64,000 nt of DNA from Candidatus Woesearchaeota archaeon (GCA_964362915.1 CAYIGH010000003.1:1756-65755), one strand, 5' to 3'. Counted from the first letter of the stretch, positions 38,708-48,904 are shown. The notes: a model not told the origin generated them from the sequence alone. A program made the numbers and translations.

Positions 38708-39741
38708 AAAAATTCCTCAAGCCACTCGCCATGTTTTCTCAAGCTTCTTAAAACATACTCTTCCCGTTCAGGAATCTCTTCATAAGGCTCTTGAAGAACT
38801 TCTCTTGCCATAAACCACTCCCTTCCATCAAGAGCAGCCTTCCGCATAGCTTCTTCAAGGCGAAAAAGCGAAAAAAAAGATGGAAGAGTTTGAAGAAAGC
38901 AGACAAGCGAGCCAATTCTCACTCTTGGATGTTGATAAGGAGAAGTATGAAGAATGATTTCAGTCAATGCAATTCTCTTCTGCATATCAGGCTGATGCAA
39001 AACCCCTTCCTGCAAAGCCCTGTCATACAAACATCCTCTGCCTCCCAGAATGCTTGAACCCTGTAAAAGATACTTCTTCTCCTCATAAGTAAAATCTCTC
39101 ATCATCACTTGAGAAACAACATGTTCAATCCTCTCTGTATGCGAAGCAGGATTCTCACGAGATAGAAAAAACTTACCAAAAGAATCTGCCTCTCCCTTAT
39201 GTAAAAATTCCTCAGCATGAACCAAATCCTTAAAAGCGTATTTCCTCTCCAGAACGAAATTAGGAGAATCGCTATAAAAAAAACCTTTTCCGGAATTCAA
39301 TATCTCTTCAGCATGAAAAACATCAAACCGAGCTTGAGAATCAGCTCCTTTCAAATAATGAACCAAAAATCTACGATAATCAAAATCCAGAAAAAGATAC
39401 TCCCTCACATTCTTCTGAACAGCAAAATCAGGAGTATCTTCAAAAACATGTTGAATCACTGCGCTCTTATGCCTTCTTCCAGTCTTTAAGGTATCGCGAT
39501 CCAAAACATATCTAACTTCCTCTTGTATAACCTCTCTCACAACCTCGCATAGCTGAGCAAGTTCTCTTAAAGAAAAACAGGGATTCCTCTGCTCCTTCAC
39601 ATACTCCCTAAGAAAATCTCGAAGTTCATGATACTGTTCCTGTCTCCTCAAATAAAAGAAAGCATCAGCAGATCCTACATGATACTCTTCTCTAAGAAAA
39701 TGAATATCTCTTAATTTTTCTATTAAATGCAGTTGATTCAT
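38698..39741 (-). CDS. hypothetical protein, compositionally atypical (higher GC, R/E/H/F/Y-rich)
   Basis: 347 aa with no motif I can name. Codon and GC usage differ from neighbouring genes. Confidence 0.45.
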   Translation of the reverse strand: MNQLHLIEKLRDIHFLREEYHVGSADAFFYLRRQEQYHELRDFLREYVKEQRNPCFSLRELAQLCEVVREVIQEEVRYVLDRDTLKTGRRHKSAVIQHVFEDTPDFAVQKNVREYLFLDFDYRRFLVHYLKGADSQARFDVFHAEEILNSGKGFFYSDSPNFVLERKYAFKDLVHAEEFLHKGEADSFGKFFLSRENPASHTERIEHVVSQVMMRDFTYEEKKYLLQGSSILGGRGCLYDRALQEGVLHQPDMQKRIALTEIILHTSPYQHPRVRIGSLVCFLQTLPSFFSLFRLEEAMRKAALDGREWFMAREVLQEPYEEIPEREEYVLRSLRKHGEWLEEFLKR

Positions 39742-39907
39742 ACAATATCCAGTTATCTGCTATTTATAAAATTTACTACTTAAAAAAGGATACAAAAATC
39801 CAGGAGATAAGCCGAAAATGAAAATTCGCAAGCATGATCACCCATTCCTGCCAGGATTCCCACCCGGGAAAGAATTTATTATAATATTTCATGGTGATTA
39901 GGCAAGT

Positions 39908-39965
39908 TAATTTTTACCTTCATCAATTCCCAATCATATAGATTATGTACTATCAATTACGGACT
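39908..39965. repeat. intergenic repeat family copy R3 (diverged core)
   Basis: tttttaccttcatcaattcccaatcatatagattatgtactatcaattacgg aligns with the R1/R2 core (TTTTACCT..TTCCCAA..ATTGAAAT/ATAGATTAT..TAC). Confidence 0.45.
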
Positions 39966-40294
39966 AACTTTTTTGATTTTCAGCTTTTATAACCCTTAAT
40001 ACACCAATAAACAACGATTTTAAATTGCAAGTAATATCTATAGAAAATTGTGTTAATGAGTCTATATTTTCTAGCAATTTTCTGTCTATTGAATTAAAAT
40101 TTTACTTTCAACATTTTATTGGTATAGTTTATGCACTAATAATTACCTAATTTTGTATAATAATCAAAGCAATTATCTATAATAAGTATTTTATCATAAA
40201 TTATCGTCGTTATTATAGAATAATTGGGCTATTTTTTGGTCCGGAAAGTACTCAATCACCTATTTCAAACAGGAAAACAGATAAAAAGACTATC

Positions 40295-40419
40295 AAAAAA
40301 ACAAGAGCCACCACGCCTTAAAAGGTGTGGTTTGTGAAAGGCTCTTGTTTTTAGGATGATCAGAATTGAAAACCCTAAAGCTACTACCACACACTAAAGT
40401 GTGTGGTTTTCAATTCTGA
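40295..40419. terminator. two tandem long hairpins plus T-tract immediately 3' of gene 40433..43321
   Basis: Hairpin 1 has arms aaaaaacaagagcc/ggctcttgttttt with an inner ccacgcc-ttaaaa-ggtgtgg stem. Hairpin 2 has a perfect 15-bp stem tcagaattgaaaacc/ggttttcaattctga with an inner ccacacac-taaa-gtgtgtgg stem. On the minus strand hairpin 1 is followed by TTTTTTTGATAGTCTTTTTATCTGTTTTCC. Confidence 0.5.
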
Positions 40420-40432
40420 CATAAAATTTTCA

Positions 40433-43321
40433 TCAAGGAATAGGCCATGTATCGCAAAGCGAGCATCCGCACCCGCACGTGTAATAGGTAGTGACAACAC
40501 ATGCGGATTCGACAATGGCAAATTCATCAGTAGGATCAGCATCTCCAACTCCCTGTTCTTTGGTCTCATGACGCAGGTAAGGAAGCGCTCTGCAATACTG
40601 ATCATTTCCTTCATCACGCTCGCAATTAGTCTGCTGACAGGATGCTCTTGGATTACATGGACCAAAAGTCCCTTCTGCTGCACGCTTAGGACATTCTACA
40701 TTCACAAGATAGGCCTCATTACTCTTTTTTCCAGCCTCAAAACATGGTTCACCATGATCTAGTGGAAAGAGTCTCCAAGGAACTGCTACTTCAACAGCAT
40801 CTACACTTGTCCTTCTTCTATCATCGCAAACACTATCATCACTACTCATCGGAGGTCGAGGGTCTTGAGGCGGCGGATCATCATCATCATCACCTGGCGG
40901 CGTATAAGGAATTTGCTTTGGTGGTACCCTGAAGTCTCCACCACTCTTACTCCCCCATTTCTGTATTTCACTATCACTTTTAAGACCAACTTCAAATCTT
41001 GGCGGACCATCTGGAGAACCACCAGGAAAAAAATCCTCAGGACTAAACTTTCCTCTTCCAAATTGCTTTAGTACAGCCTTGAACCCTTCTTCGTCTTTTT
41101 TCCACAAAAGATTTTCAAGAATCGCATTTGCCCCCCCAATAGTGAGATCATTTTCACCTAATCTTTTTCTGAGATAATCAAGAATCTCACCACTGACTGC
41201 AGGATCAGGACTATTAAGAGCCTTCCGCATATTCCAAAACACTGTTTTAAGATTGCTAGTAACATCCACGCCATATTCTTTATTGAATTTCTCCGCAATT
41301 TCCAACATAAGATCACCGGTATGTGCCTGTGCCATGGTAAGTGCCTTATTAGCGGCCCTTTCAACAGCACCCTGCATGTCGGAAAGTTGTTTTGTTCTTT
41401 GAGCAAGGTCTGTCTGAACCCCAACTAAAGAATTAACTGCTTCACTCAATTTCTCTCCCAAATCTCTAGGAGGGGGATTGGGATTCTCCAGAGATTTCTC
41501 CAAGTTCTCCAGCAATGACTTGTAAGTGTTAATCTCTTCTATTTTAGTTTTCAGAGTTTCTTCCATCCTACTCAGAAGTTCTTTTGCTTCAGGCAAAGTA
41601 CTATATTCACCAGGTCCAACAGGTTTATTAATAGACTCTACTATAAAACTTTTGGCATCTTCAAGGTGTTCAAGTGCCTCAGGAATATGCTCATGAACAG
41701 CTGTGCTTACAGCCGCCTTTGCAGCTTCAGTATTTCCTGCTCCTACAAAAGCATCAGCATCAGTGACACTTACAGCAGCATTTCCAAGACTCACGAGTCC
41801 ATCGCGCACCGAACCTAGAGTATTCCCTACAGGATGATACGTTGCTTCTAAAGTTCCAAGCGCTGCCGCCAGTTGCTTCAGAACCTGCTGTTCCTCAGGA
41901 GTAAACTTATTCGGATCCCTATAAAAATCCTCCACGAGAGCCTTTGCTTTCTTAAACACCTCCTGCGCACTGCGTCTAAGCCCCTCACTACCAATGCTTG
42001 AGGCAAGAACAAGACTGTTTGCAGTTAATGTTGCCGTAGTCATATGCGTAATAGTCTCGACAAAAGCAAAATCATAAACGGGCTTTGCCAGAAGTCCTGC
42101 AAGAGCAAGCTCCCCAATAACAGCCACTGTTATTGCCAGAGGTGAAGTCAATATAATCGCTCCTGTTGTAATAAGTTCTTTGATTAAAGTAGCATCACCG
42201 ACAATAACAGCCACACCCCCCTCACTTTTCAATACAATAACCCCAGCTACTGCGCCTGCCGCAAGCGCAGGATCTCTTACAGGCAGTGAAATGCCAGATT
42301 CTGTAACAAAAGTCCCAATATCTTGTGGTTTCTCAGCAGGTCTCCATTCAGGAACCCACCCTGCTCTTTGCCCGAAATCCGTGTCTTCTTGATCCTTAAG
42401 CGGCCCATCATAAACATTCCCTATTTTCTTTGTACCATCATGAGACAGAATATCGCCATTTTTTGCAATACTTCCGTCAGGATTACGGAAATTGCAATTC
42501 AATATCCCAGGACACTCCCAAACACTAACAAATCCCTGAAAAAGTCTGACATGATACCCAGGAAACGTTCTATCAAGATCATGATACGCCTTCAAATACT
42601 CCTGCATAACAAAAATAGAAAAGGCCTCCAGACTAAGATCATTAAAAACAGAATCCCGAGGAAAAGAATCAGCAGGAGCATTAGCTAAAAACTGAATTCC
42701 TCGAAGAGCATCAGGATCATTCACAATGTCTTGAAGAGCATCAGGATCATTCACAATATAAGCAATCTCTATCTCGCCCTCTTGAGATTCAGGAATAAAG
42801 CATTGAACAGGAGGCTGCCCTCTGCCATGAGTTGTTTCATCATTATCATTAGCATCAGAACATTTAGGATCATCTAAATCAATTAAGCCATTATTATCAT
42901 TATCATGAGTATCAGAACATTCAGGAGGAGTAAAATCAGGATCAATAACCTTGGGATCAGGAGGAGCAGGACCTCCCTGAAATAAATATCTCAGAAGAGA
43001 AACACCATCAGTTATATCTATTTTATTGTCACTATTAACATCAGCTGTCCTTGGACATTGAAGCCTCTTCCCATCCTGATTATTAAATAAATACTGGAGA
43101 ATAAACACCGCATCACTAATATCCATTCTTTCATCATCATTCACATCTCCTCGTATATAAGGCCGGGTCAATTTCGTAAGAAATCTTTCTATTTCATCAT
43201 CAGTAAGAGGAACAATATCCTCTTCTTCATCATCAGCAGCAACTCTCGGAATCTCTGAAAAGACCAGCAAAACTACAAAAAATACAAAATAACATTTAAT
43301 AAACATCGCCTTCTTTTTCAT
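40433..43321 (-). CDS. large secreted protein (P6) with N-terminal dockerin-like pair, helical central region and Cys-rich C-terminus
   Basis: Signal peptide. GDVNDDERMDISDAVFILQYLF and ADVNSDNKIDITDGVSLLRYLF. Long alpha-helical middle, hydrophobic stretch, C-terminal Cys cluster (TCGCGCSLC). Higher GC than the genome background. Confidence 0.6.
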   Translation of the reverse strand: MKKKAMFIKCYFVFFVVLLVFSEIPRVAADDEEEDIVPLTDDEIERFLTKLTRPYIRGDVNDDERMDISDAVFILQYLFNNQDGKRLQCPRTADVNSDNKIDITDGVSLLRYLFQGGPAPPDPKVIDPDFTPPECSDTHDNDNNGLIDLDDPKCSDANDNDETTHGRGQPPVQCFIPESQEGEIEIAYIVNDPDALQDIVNDPDALRGIQFLANAPADSFPRDSVFNDLSLEAFSIFVMQEYLKAYHDLDRTFPGYHVRLFQGFVSVWECPGILNCNFRNPDGSIAKNGDILSHDGTKKIGNVYDGPLKDQEDTDFGQRAGWVPEWRPAEKPQDIGTFVTESGISLPVRDPALAAGAVAGVIVLKSEGGVAVIVGDATLIKELITTGAIILTSPLAITVAVIGELALAGLLAKPVYDFAFVETITHMTTATLTANSLVLASSIGSEGLRRSAQEVFKKAKALVEDFYRDPNKFTPEEQQVLKQLAAALGTLEATYHPVGNTLGSVRDGLVSLGNAAVSVTDADAFVGAGNTEAAKAAVSTAVHEHIPEALEHLEDAKSFIVESINKPVGPGEYSTLPEAKELLSRMEETLKTKIEEINTYKSLLENLEKSLENPNPPPRDLGEKLSEAVNSLVGVQTDLAQRTKQLSDMQGAVERAANKALTMAQAHTGDLMLEIAEKFNKEYGVDVTSNLKTVFWNMRKALNSPDPAVSGEILDYLRKRLGENDLTIGGANAILENLLWKKDEEGFKAVLKQFGRGKFSPEDFFPGGSPDGPPRFEVGLKSDSEIQKWGSKSGGDFRVPPKQIPYTPPGDDDDDPPPQDPRPPMSSDDSVCDDRRRTSVDAVEVAVPWRLFPLDHGEPCFEAGKKSNEAYLVNVECPKRAAEGTFGPCNPRASCQQTNCERDEGNDQYCRALPYLRHETKEQGVGDADPTDEFAIVESACVVTTYYTCGCGCSLCDTWPIP

Positions 43322-43373
43322 TCATTTAACAACAAATCTATTATTTTAAACATTTCGCATGTCCTTAAATAAT

Positions 43374-44579
43374 CTATTTCGGCACAATAGCAGCACTGCT
43401 ATATTCTTTAATCAACTTAGAAGCTAATTTCTTAACGTTCTCTAGTTTAACTTCTCTTATTTTCTCCTCGTGCTCGTAATAATCCTCTGCTTTCCCTGAC
43501 AATTCAGAAAAAACAAGCTGATTCATAACATTTATACTCTCCTCGCTTACTACTTTCTTTAATCCTATCACTCTCTCCTTAGCTTGTTCCAAATCTTTTT
43601 CTTTCATGTTCTTCACATTATCAAACTCTTCCAAAATCAGTCTTTTAACCTCTCCAACTTTATCTTTCATAGTTCCAACATAAATTGTATAAAAAGAATA
43701 ACTTTTCTCGCAGTCTATAGAACTCGTTACTGCATAAGCCAAGCCTCTTTTTTCTCTTATCTCTAAAAACACTCTTGAACTCATTCCATTTGCCAAATAA
43801 GCATCTAAAACCTCCAAGTCAAAAGAATCCTTTTCACTTGGCAATGGCGCATGCATGGCAAAAATAAAATGGGCTTGATCAATGCCGTCTCGTTCCTCTA
43901 TGCTCTCTCCATTTCTCCTTTTAATATTAAATCCTCCCATCTTTCTTCCCTTTTTCTGAAATTTTCTTTCAAGATAATCACAAATCTCATTAAAATCTGC
44001 ATTTCCTACAATTGTAACAATATAATTTTCAGGATTATACATATTATCAAAATAATCAGCAACAAAATCCCTATTTAAAGAAGAAACTGTCTTGCTATTT
44101 CCTATTACTAATTCTCCGAAGGGCTTTTCAAACAAATTCTTTTCAATCTGCTCAAAAACAGCTCTTTTAGGATCATCATGATACATCTTTATCTCTTCTA
44201 AAATAACTTTCTTTTCTTTTTCAAATTTTTCTTTTTCAAATTTAGGATTGTTTAACATATCACATAAAATATCCAATCCTGCAAAAATATGCTCACTTGG
44301 CAATTTAAACCAATAGCTTGTTATTTCATGAGATGTGAAAGCATTCAATATTCCTCCTTTTTTTTCTATTTCCTTAGAAATGTCTTCATGGGTTCTCGTT
44401 TTAGTCCCTGTAAATAAAAGATGTTCAATAACATGTGCTATGCCCTTTATCTCGCTCTTTTCATGAGCTGCTCCAAACTTATTCGTAATACTTAAGCTGA
44501 CAATTCCCAAATCTCTCTTTTCCATCAAAACAGTCATCCCGTTCTTTAATTTCTTCTTAAAAAAGTTCTTCATGTACAA
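43374..44579 (-). CDS. M16-family zinc peptidase (pitrilysin-like)
   Basis: Inverted zincin motif HVIEHLLF...E, about 400 aa. Confidence 0.8.
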   Translation of the reverse strand: MYMKNFFKKKLKNGMTVLMEKRDLGIVSLSITNKFGAAHEKSEIKGIAHVIEHLLFTGTKTRTHEDISKEIEKKGGILNAFTSHEITSYWFKLPSEHIFAGLDILCDMLNNPKFEKEKFEKEKKVILEEIKMYHDDPKRAVFEQIEKNLFEKPFGELVIGNSKTVSSLNRDFVADYFDNMYNPENYIVTIVGNADFNEICDYLERKFQKKGRKMGGFNIKRRNGESIEERDGIDQAHFIFAMHAPLPSEKDSFDLEVLDAYLANGMSSRVFLEIREKRGLAYAVTSSIDCEKSYSFYTIYVGTMKDKVGEVKRLILEEFDNVKNMKEKDLEQAKERVIGLKKVVSEESINVMNQLVFSELSGKAEDYYEHEEKIREVKLENVKKLASKLIKEYSSAAIVPK

Positions 44580-44803
44580 AATAAAAAAATAGGAGCCTTA
44601 ATAAACTTTATCCAACATAAGTTATGATGCCTAAACAAAGAATTTCTAAGTTAGAAATAGTTGGTTGGATAATTGGCCTTATAGCTATTGCCGTATTAAT
44701 TTTTGGCATAATTAGAGAATTATTCTTAAAATAAAAAATAAAAATTAGTAACCAAAATCTAAGGGGGGAATAAATTTTTAACTATCTGACTCTAAACTAA
44801 TTC

Positions 44804-45712
44804 ATGCCAATCAATGCAAGCTACGAATATTTCAATGCGGAAAAGATATACTTACAAGCTAAGACCATAGAAGATAAAATAATCGCTCTAGAAGAAATGA
44901 TTAAAGCATCGCCCAAACATAAAGGAAGCGAAAATCTTCTGGCAGAATTAAAAACAAGATTAAAAAAATTAAAAGAAAAACAAGAAAAAGCCAAAAAATC
45001 AGGAAAAACAACTAAAAAGTCAATAAGAAAAGAACATTTTCAATGTGTTCTTCTAGGACTGCCAAATTCAGGTAAATCCTCTTTACTCGCTAAACTAACA
45101 AATGCTCAGCCAAAAATCTCTCCTTATCCATTCACGACTTCAAAGCCAGAATTAGGAACTATGGATTACCAAAAAGTAAAAGCACAGATAGTAGATCTCC
45201 CTTCTATAGGGTCAGCAGCTCTCGATCAAGGTCTTATAAACACGGCAGACTGCATTATCATAGTAATAGAAACCCTCTCAGACCTAGAAAAAATCTCCCC
45301 ATATTTAAAAAAAGCACAGGGCTCGCAGATTATAGTAATAAACAAATCAGACCTTCTTTCAAATGAAGAGCAAAGAAAACTAGAAGCAACAATAAAAAGC
45401 AAAAAATTAAACGCAATATTAATCTCCTCAATTACAAATTATAACATAGAACAATTAAAAGAAAAAATCTTTCAGCAAATGCATGTTATACGCATATACA
45501 CAAAAGAGCCAAGAAAATCTCCGACAAATGACCCTATTGTTCTAAAAGAAAATTCAACAGTAAAAGATATAGCAGAATCGATTCTAAAGGGCTTTTCAAA
45601 TAAAATAAAAGAAACCAGTATTACTGGCCCATCCTCAAAATTTCCAAACCAAAAAGTCGGCCTCTCTCATATCCTCAAAGACAAAGATATTGTAGAATTC
45701 CACACCAGATAA
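44804..45712 (+). CDS. Obg/DRG-family GTPase with C-terminal TGS domain
   Basis: G1 GLPNSGKSSL, G3 DLPS, G4 NKSD. TGS-like C-terminus (IRIYTKEPRKSPTNDPIVLKENSTVKDIAE). Confidence 0.7.
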   Translation: MPINASYEYFNAEKIYLQAKTIEDKIIALEEMIKASPKHKGSENLLAELKTRLKKLKEKQEKAKKSGKTTKKSIRKEHFQCVLLGLPNSGKSSLLAKLTNAQPKISPYPFTTSKPELGTMDYQKVKAQIVDLPSIGSAALDQGLINTADCIIIVIETLSDLEKISPYLKKAQGSQIIVINKSDLLSNEEQRKLEATIKSKKLNAILISSITNYNIEQLKEKIFQQMHVIRIYTKEPRKSPTNDPIVLKENSTVKDIAESILKGFSNKIKETSITGPSSKFPNQKVGLSHILKDKDIVEFHTR

Positions 45713-45777
45713 AAAAGTATTTAAAAATATACTTACAAAATAGAAATATTTAAATAATCCTAAAATGTAAATATATA

Positions 45778-46023
45778 ATGGCAGGCACAACAATTACAAT
45801 AAATATCGAAACAGAAGTGCTAAATAAATTAAGAGAATTAGCTCTTGCTAAAAAACAAAAAAAAGGATTTTTGGGAAAAGTGATTAGTGAAGCAACAAAA
45901 GAATATTTAAAAGAAAAAGAGCAGGAAGAAATAGCGAAAAGGCAGCTGGAAAAAATGGAAACTGGATATAAAATGGGTAAAATATTAATAAAACATCGAG
46001 ATGAGCTGTATGACAGAAAATAA
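45778..46023 (+). CDS. putative antitoxin (RHH/VapB-like) paired with PIN toxin
   Basis: 81 aa charged protein. The N-terminal TTITINIETEVLNKLRELA is beta-strand/helix-like. Overlaps the downstream PIN gene by 23 nt. Confidence 0.45.
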   Translation: MAGTTITINIETEVLNKLRELALAKKQKKGFLGKVISEATKEYLKEKEQEEIAKRQLEKMETGYKMGKILIKHRDELYDRK

Positions 46024-46453
46024 AGAAATTGAATTATTAGATAGCAATATTCTTATTTATGCTTACGATTCTAGCGAAAAAGAAAAACATGCCATCTCTA
46101 AAAACTTACTTGCTAATTGTTGGAAAAGAAAAAAAAGTTACGCCCTCTCTGTACAAAATCTTTCTGAATTATTTGTAGTAACAACAAAAAAAATTACTTC
46201 TCCGGTCAAACCAGATGAAATGAAAAAGAACATTCAAGATATTACTTCTTTTTCTAATTTCACTATTTTAACAATAAATAAAAATAATATTTTAAGTGCT
46301 ATAGAAATTTCTTCAGAGCATAACATTTCTTATTGGGATGCGCTTATCGCTTCTGTTATGAAAGAAAACCATGTTTATAGTATTATTACAGAAAATGATA
46401 AAGACTTTAAGAAAATTCCTTGGTTAAAAGTTACTAATCCTTTTATTAAATAA
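46001..46453 (+). CDS. vapC: PIN-domain toxin VapC
   Basis: ELLDSNILIYAYD plus ITENDKDFKKI (conserved acidic residues of the PIN fold). Confidence 0.65.
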   Translation: MSCMTENKEIELLDSNILIYAYDSSEKEKHAISKNLLANCWKRKKSYALSVQNLSELFVVTTKKITSPVKPDEMKKNIQDITSFSNFTILTINKNNILSAIEISSEHNISYWDALIASVMKENHVYSIITENDKDFKKIPWLKVTNPFIK

Positions 46454-46470
46454 AAATTAAATAGCCAATA

Positions 46471-48645
46471 TCAGCAAATTACCTCTATATATCCCTCGCT
46501 ATTTACCCTTCCATTTTGTCCATCTTGAGCATTGCCCTTAACTCGCTCCCATAATTGTTCTATAGATTTTTTTCTCTGTGGATAGCATTTGCATTTAGGC
46601 TCACCAATAAGTTTTACTCTTTCGGGATTTACTATTTCAGAAGGATCACTTTCACCTTGACTCTTAATATGAATTCCCTCCAATTCGCATACCCATCGAT
46701 TTAAAGCCACTTGTAATTGCGGATTTGTCTGGCCAACATCTACTTCAATAACTCTAGAATGAGCATCCTCAACAACAGCAAAAATAGACGCTTTATATTC
46801 ATCTAAACTAGAAGGAGGAATCCCGCTCTGAAACCCTCCTGGAAACCCTCCTACAGGAGGAATTAAAAATGCTTTTAAAGGGATATGCTTCCCGGGATGA
46901 GTAAACCAAACAATCTTCGGACTTCCTATATTCTCCTCTCCTTCTACTAAATATTTCTTAATATCAAAACTCCCTTTGCCCCCAGACATAGGAAGGTTTT
47001 TTTGTTCTTTGCGATTATTCTGGCAAAATTTATCTTTTTCATACCAACATGACACAAAGCCAGAGAGCTGAGGGAATCGCGGATCATTACGAATCTTCTC
47101 CTCAGTATTCTCATCTACCGTTCTCGATCTTGATAAAAGGGAATTATAATCAAGCAGCTCCATCTGGCGAAGACTTTTTTCTTGCTTAACCTCACTTTCC
47201 TTATGCATATAACTATCAAAATTCTCTAAATCAACCATATCTTCATCCGAACTATCCTTTACAAAACCAACATATCTGCTTTCTTTAATATCAATAAGGA
47301 GGGCATCCCCGCCGGCATTTTCTTTTCTAATTTTAGAAGTAGATGTCCTCTTAATAAACTCAAACTCCTTACATTCTTCAGGATTGCTGTTTTTTTCAAG
47401 CTCAGCTACAATAAATGCCCCATAAGTAACAAAATAAGAACCATCGGGTTTAGTCTCCTCTTCTTTAAAGCTAACATCTGTTCCCTTGCTCCATCCCTGG
47501 ACTAATCCAAGGGGCTTATTCATATTATGAAATTTATCTTTTGCAGAAGGTATTGCAAAATTTCCTTTACCAATACTTATTAATCTCTGATTCCGTATAC
47601 TAAGTTGCGCTTCTGTTAAAAAAAGCTCTGGTTTATCAAAACCCTTAGGAATCTTATCATCTTTCCCCCTTAAGATTTTCATAGAGACAACATTACAAGG
47701 GCTTTTCCCTTTGCACATAGGGGGCGTTACAGAATTATCACATACTTCATTTTCTTTCCATTCAATATCTGTAGCTTTATGTCCTACATAATATTTCGCA
47801 CATGTACCATCATACTTGACCAAATCATCACTTTCACATTCGCTTTTGACCGTTTGTGCGCATGTTGTTTCCCCATTAGAGCAGGTTATTGAACAACATG
47901 CACTCGGCACTTGTGATATGCCACTATCTCCATCTCCTGGCGGAAATAAACCTAAAAGATGCATAGAATTCGCAATAGTTACTTTCAAAAAACTTTCAGC
48001 CTTGGTCCCAATTCCATCCTCACACATTGCCTTTAGCAAATAGTCTCTTCCAACCTGTAATCCAAATGATTCATCAATAACAACCCCATAAGGATTAAGA
48101 AGAAATACTTCAGAATTAACGCTTCCAGCTTCACTAAGAATAATCTCTTCTCCTCCATTCAATAAAAAGGCAGAAAGCTTACAATGCTTCATACTTCCTG
48201 CTCTTGCTCCAATAAAAATATTTGCAGGAATCTCCAAACTCATCTCAGGCCGTTCAATATTTTCTCCCTTTTCATTAACATAATCAACATATAAAAATGC
48301 AATCTCTAAAGGATTTTCCGAAATAGGTTTATCTTCCCAAGAATAAAATCCTCTAGGCGCATCACCTCCTCTAAACAAATAATTCAATAAAAAAATAGCA
48401 TCTGTAATATCTAATCTCTTATTATCGTCCAAATCTCCCCTCTCAAGACAACTGATATCTCCCGCCCATTTAAACAAATAATTCAATAAAAAAATAGCAT
48501 CTGTAATGTCTGTTCTTTCATCTCCATTAACATCTCCTCTTCGCCACGCCTCTCTATTAGAACAGGATTCCAGTGCAAAGACAAATATACTAAAATATAT
48601 TATTAAAAAAATAATTGTTAAACTAAACAAAACCCCTTTTTTCAT
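46471..48645 (-). CDS. large secreted Cys-rich dockerin-like protein (P2, paralog of P1)
   Basis: Likely start MKKGVLFSLTIIFLIIYFSIFVFA (48645) rather than the track start at 48723. RGDVNGDERTDITDAIFLLNYLF and GDLDDNKRLDITDAIFLLNYLF. ACCSITCSNGETTCAQTV. C-terminus RWVCELEGIHIKS...CKCYPQRKKS. Confidence 0.65.
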   Translation of the reverse strand: MKKGVLFSLTIIFLIIYFSIFVFALESCSNREAWRRGDVNGDERTDITDAIFLLNYLFKWAGDISCLERGDLDDNKRLDITDAIFLLNYLFRGGDAPRGFYSWEDKPISENPLEIAFLYVDYVNEKGENIERPEMSLEIPANIFIGARAGSMKHCKLSAFLLNGGEEIILSEAGSVNSEVFLLNPYGVVIDESFGLQVGRDYLLKAMCEDGIGTKAESFLKVTIANSMHLLGLFPPGDGDSGISQVPSACCSITCSNGETTCAQTVKSECESDDLVKYDGTCAKYYVGHKATDIEWKENEVCDNSVTPPMCKGKSPCNVVSMKILRGKDDKIPKGFDKPELFLTEAQLSIRNQRLISIGKGNFAIPSAKDKFHNMNKPLGLVQGWSKGTDVSFKEEETKPDGSYFVTYGAFIVAELEKNSNPEECKEFEFIKRTSTSKIRKENAGGDALLIDIKESRYVGFVKDSSDEDMVDLENFDSYMHKESEVKQEKSLRQMELLDYNSLLSRSRTVDENTEEKIRNDPRFPQLSGFVSCWYEKDKFCQNNRKEQKNLPMSGGKGSFDIKKYLVEGEENIGSPKIVWFTHPGKHIPLKAFLIPPVGGFPGGFQSGIPPSSLDEYKASIFAVVEDAHSRVIEVDVGQTNPQLQVALNRWVCELEGIHIKSQGESDPSEIVNPERVKLIGEPKCKCYPQRKKSIEQLWERVKGNAQDGQNGRVNSEGYIEVIC

Positions 48646-48688
48646 GAAAAAACTTCGTTGATAAATTATATAAATCTTTAGAAAAGTG

Positions 48689-48904
48689 CTAAAAGAGTCT
48701 ATATGATCTGCCGTTATTATCAATTATCCTGACCTTTTTGATATCTAGTTTCCTCAAGGGTTCAGGAAAAATATATTTTTCTTCCCTAGAAGAATAATAT
48801 CTCTCAGCAAATTCCAATCCAGCAAATCCTGCCACTCCTAAAGCCGCCAACCCCAACCCTAAAACAATCCAATTCCTAACATATTCTCTCATGAATAAAT
48901 ACAA
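48689..48904 (-). CDS. small single-TM protein, cassette partner A
   Basis: MYLFMREYVRNWIVLGLGLAALGVAGFAG.... The N-terminus and 70 nt of upstream DNA are about 95% identical to 53380..53691. Confidence 0.5.
   Translation of the reverse strand: MYLFMREYVRNWIVLGLGLAALGVAGFAGLEFAERYYSSREEKYIFPEPLRKLDIKKVRIIDNNGRSYRLF

Noticed and set aside
40403-41424. Several plus- and minus-strand ORFs (40403..40762, 40744..40932, 40846..41061, 40865..41071, 41158..41424) within the 962-aa gene
   Set aside because: They are nested in or antisense to the long ORF 40433..43321, with repetitive R/H-rich translations caused by GA/GGC-rich coding DNA.
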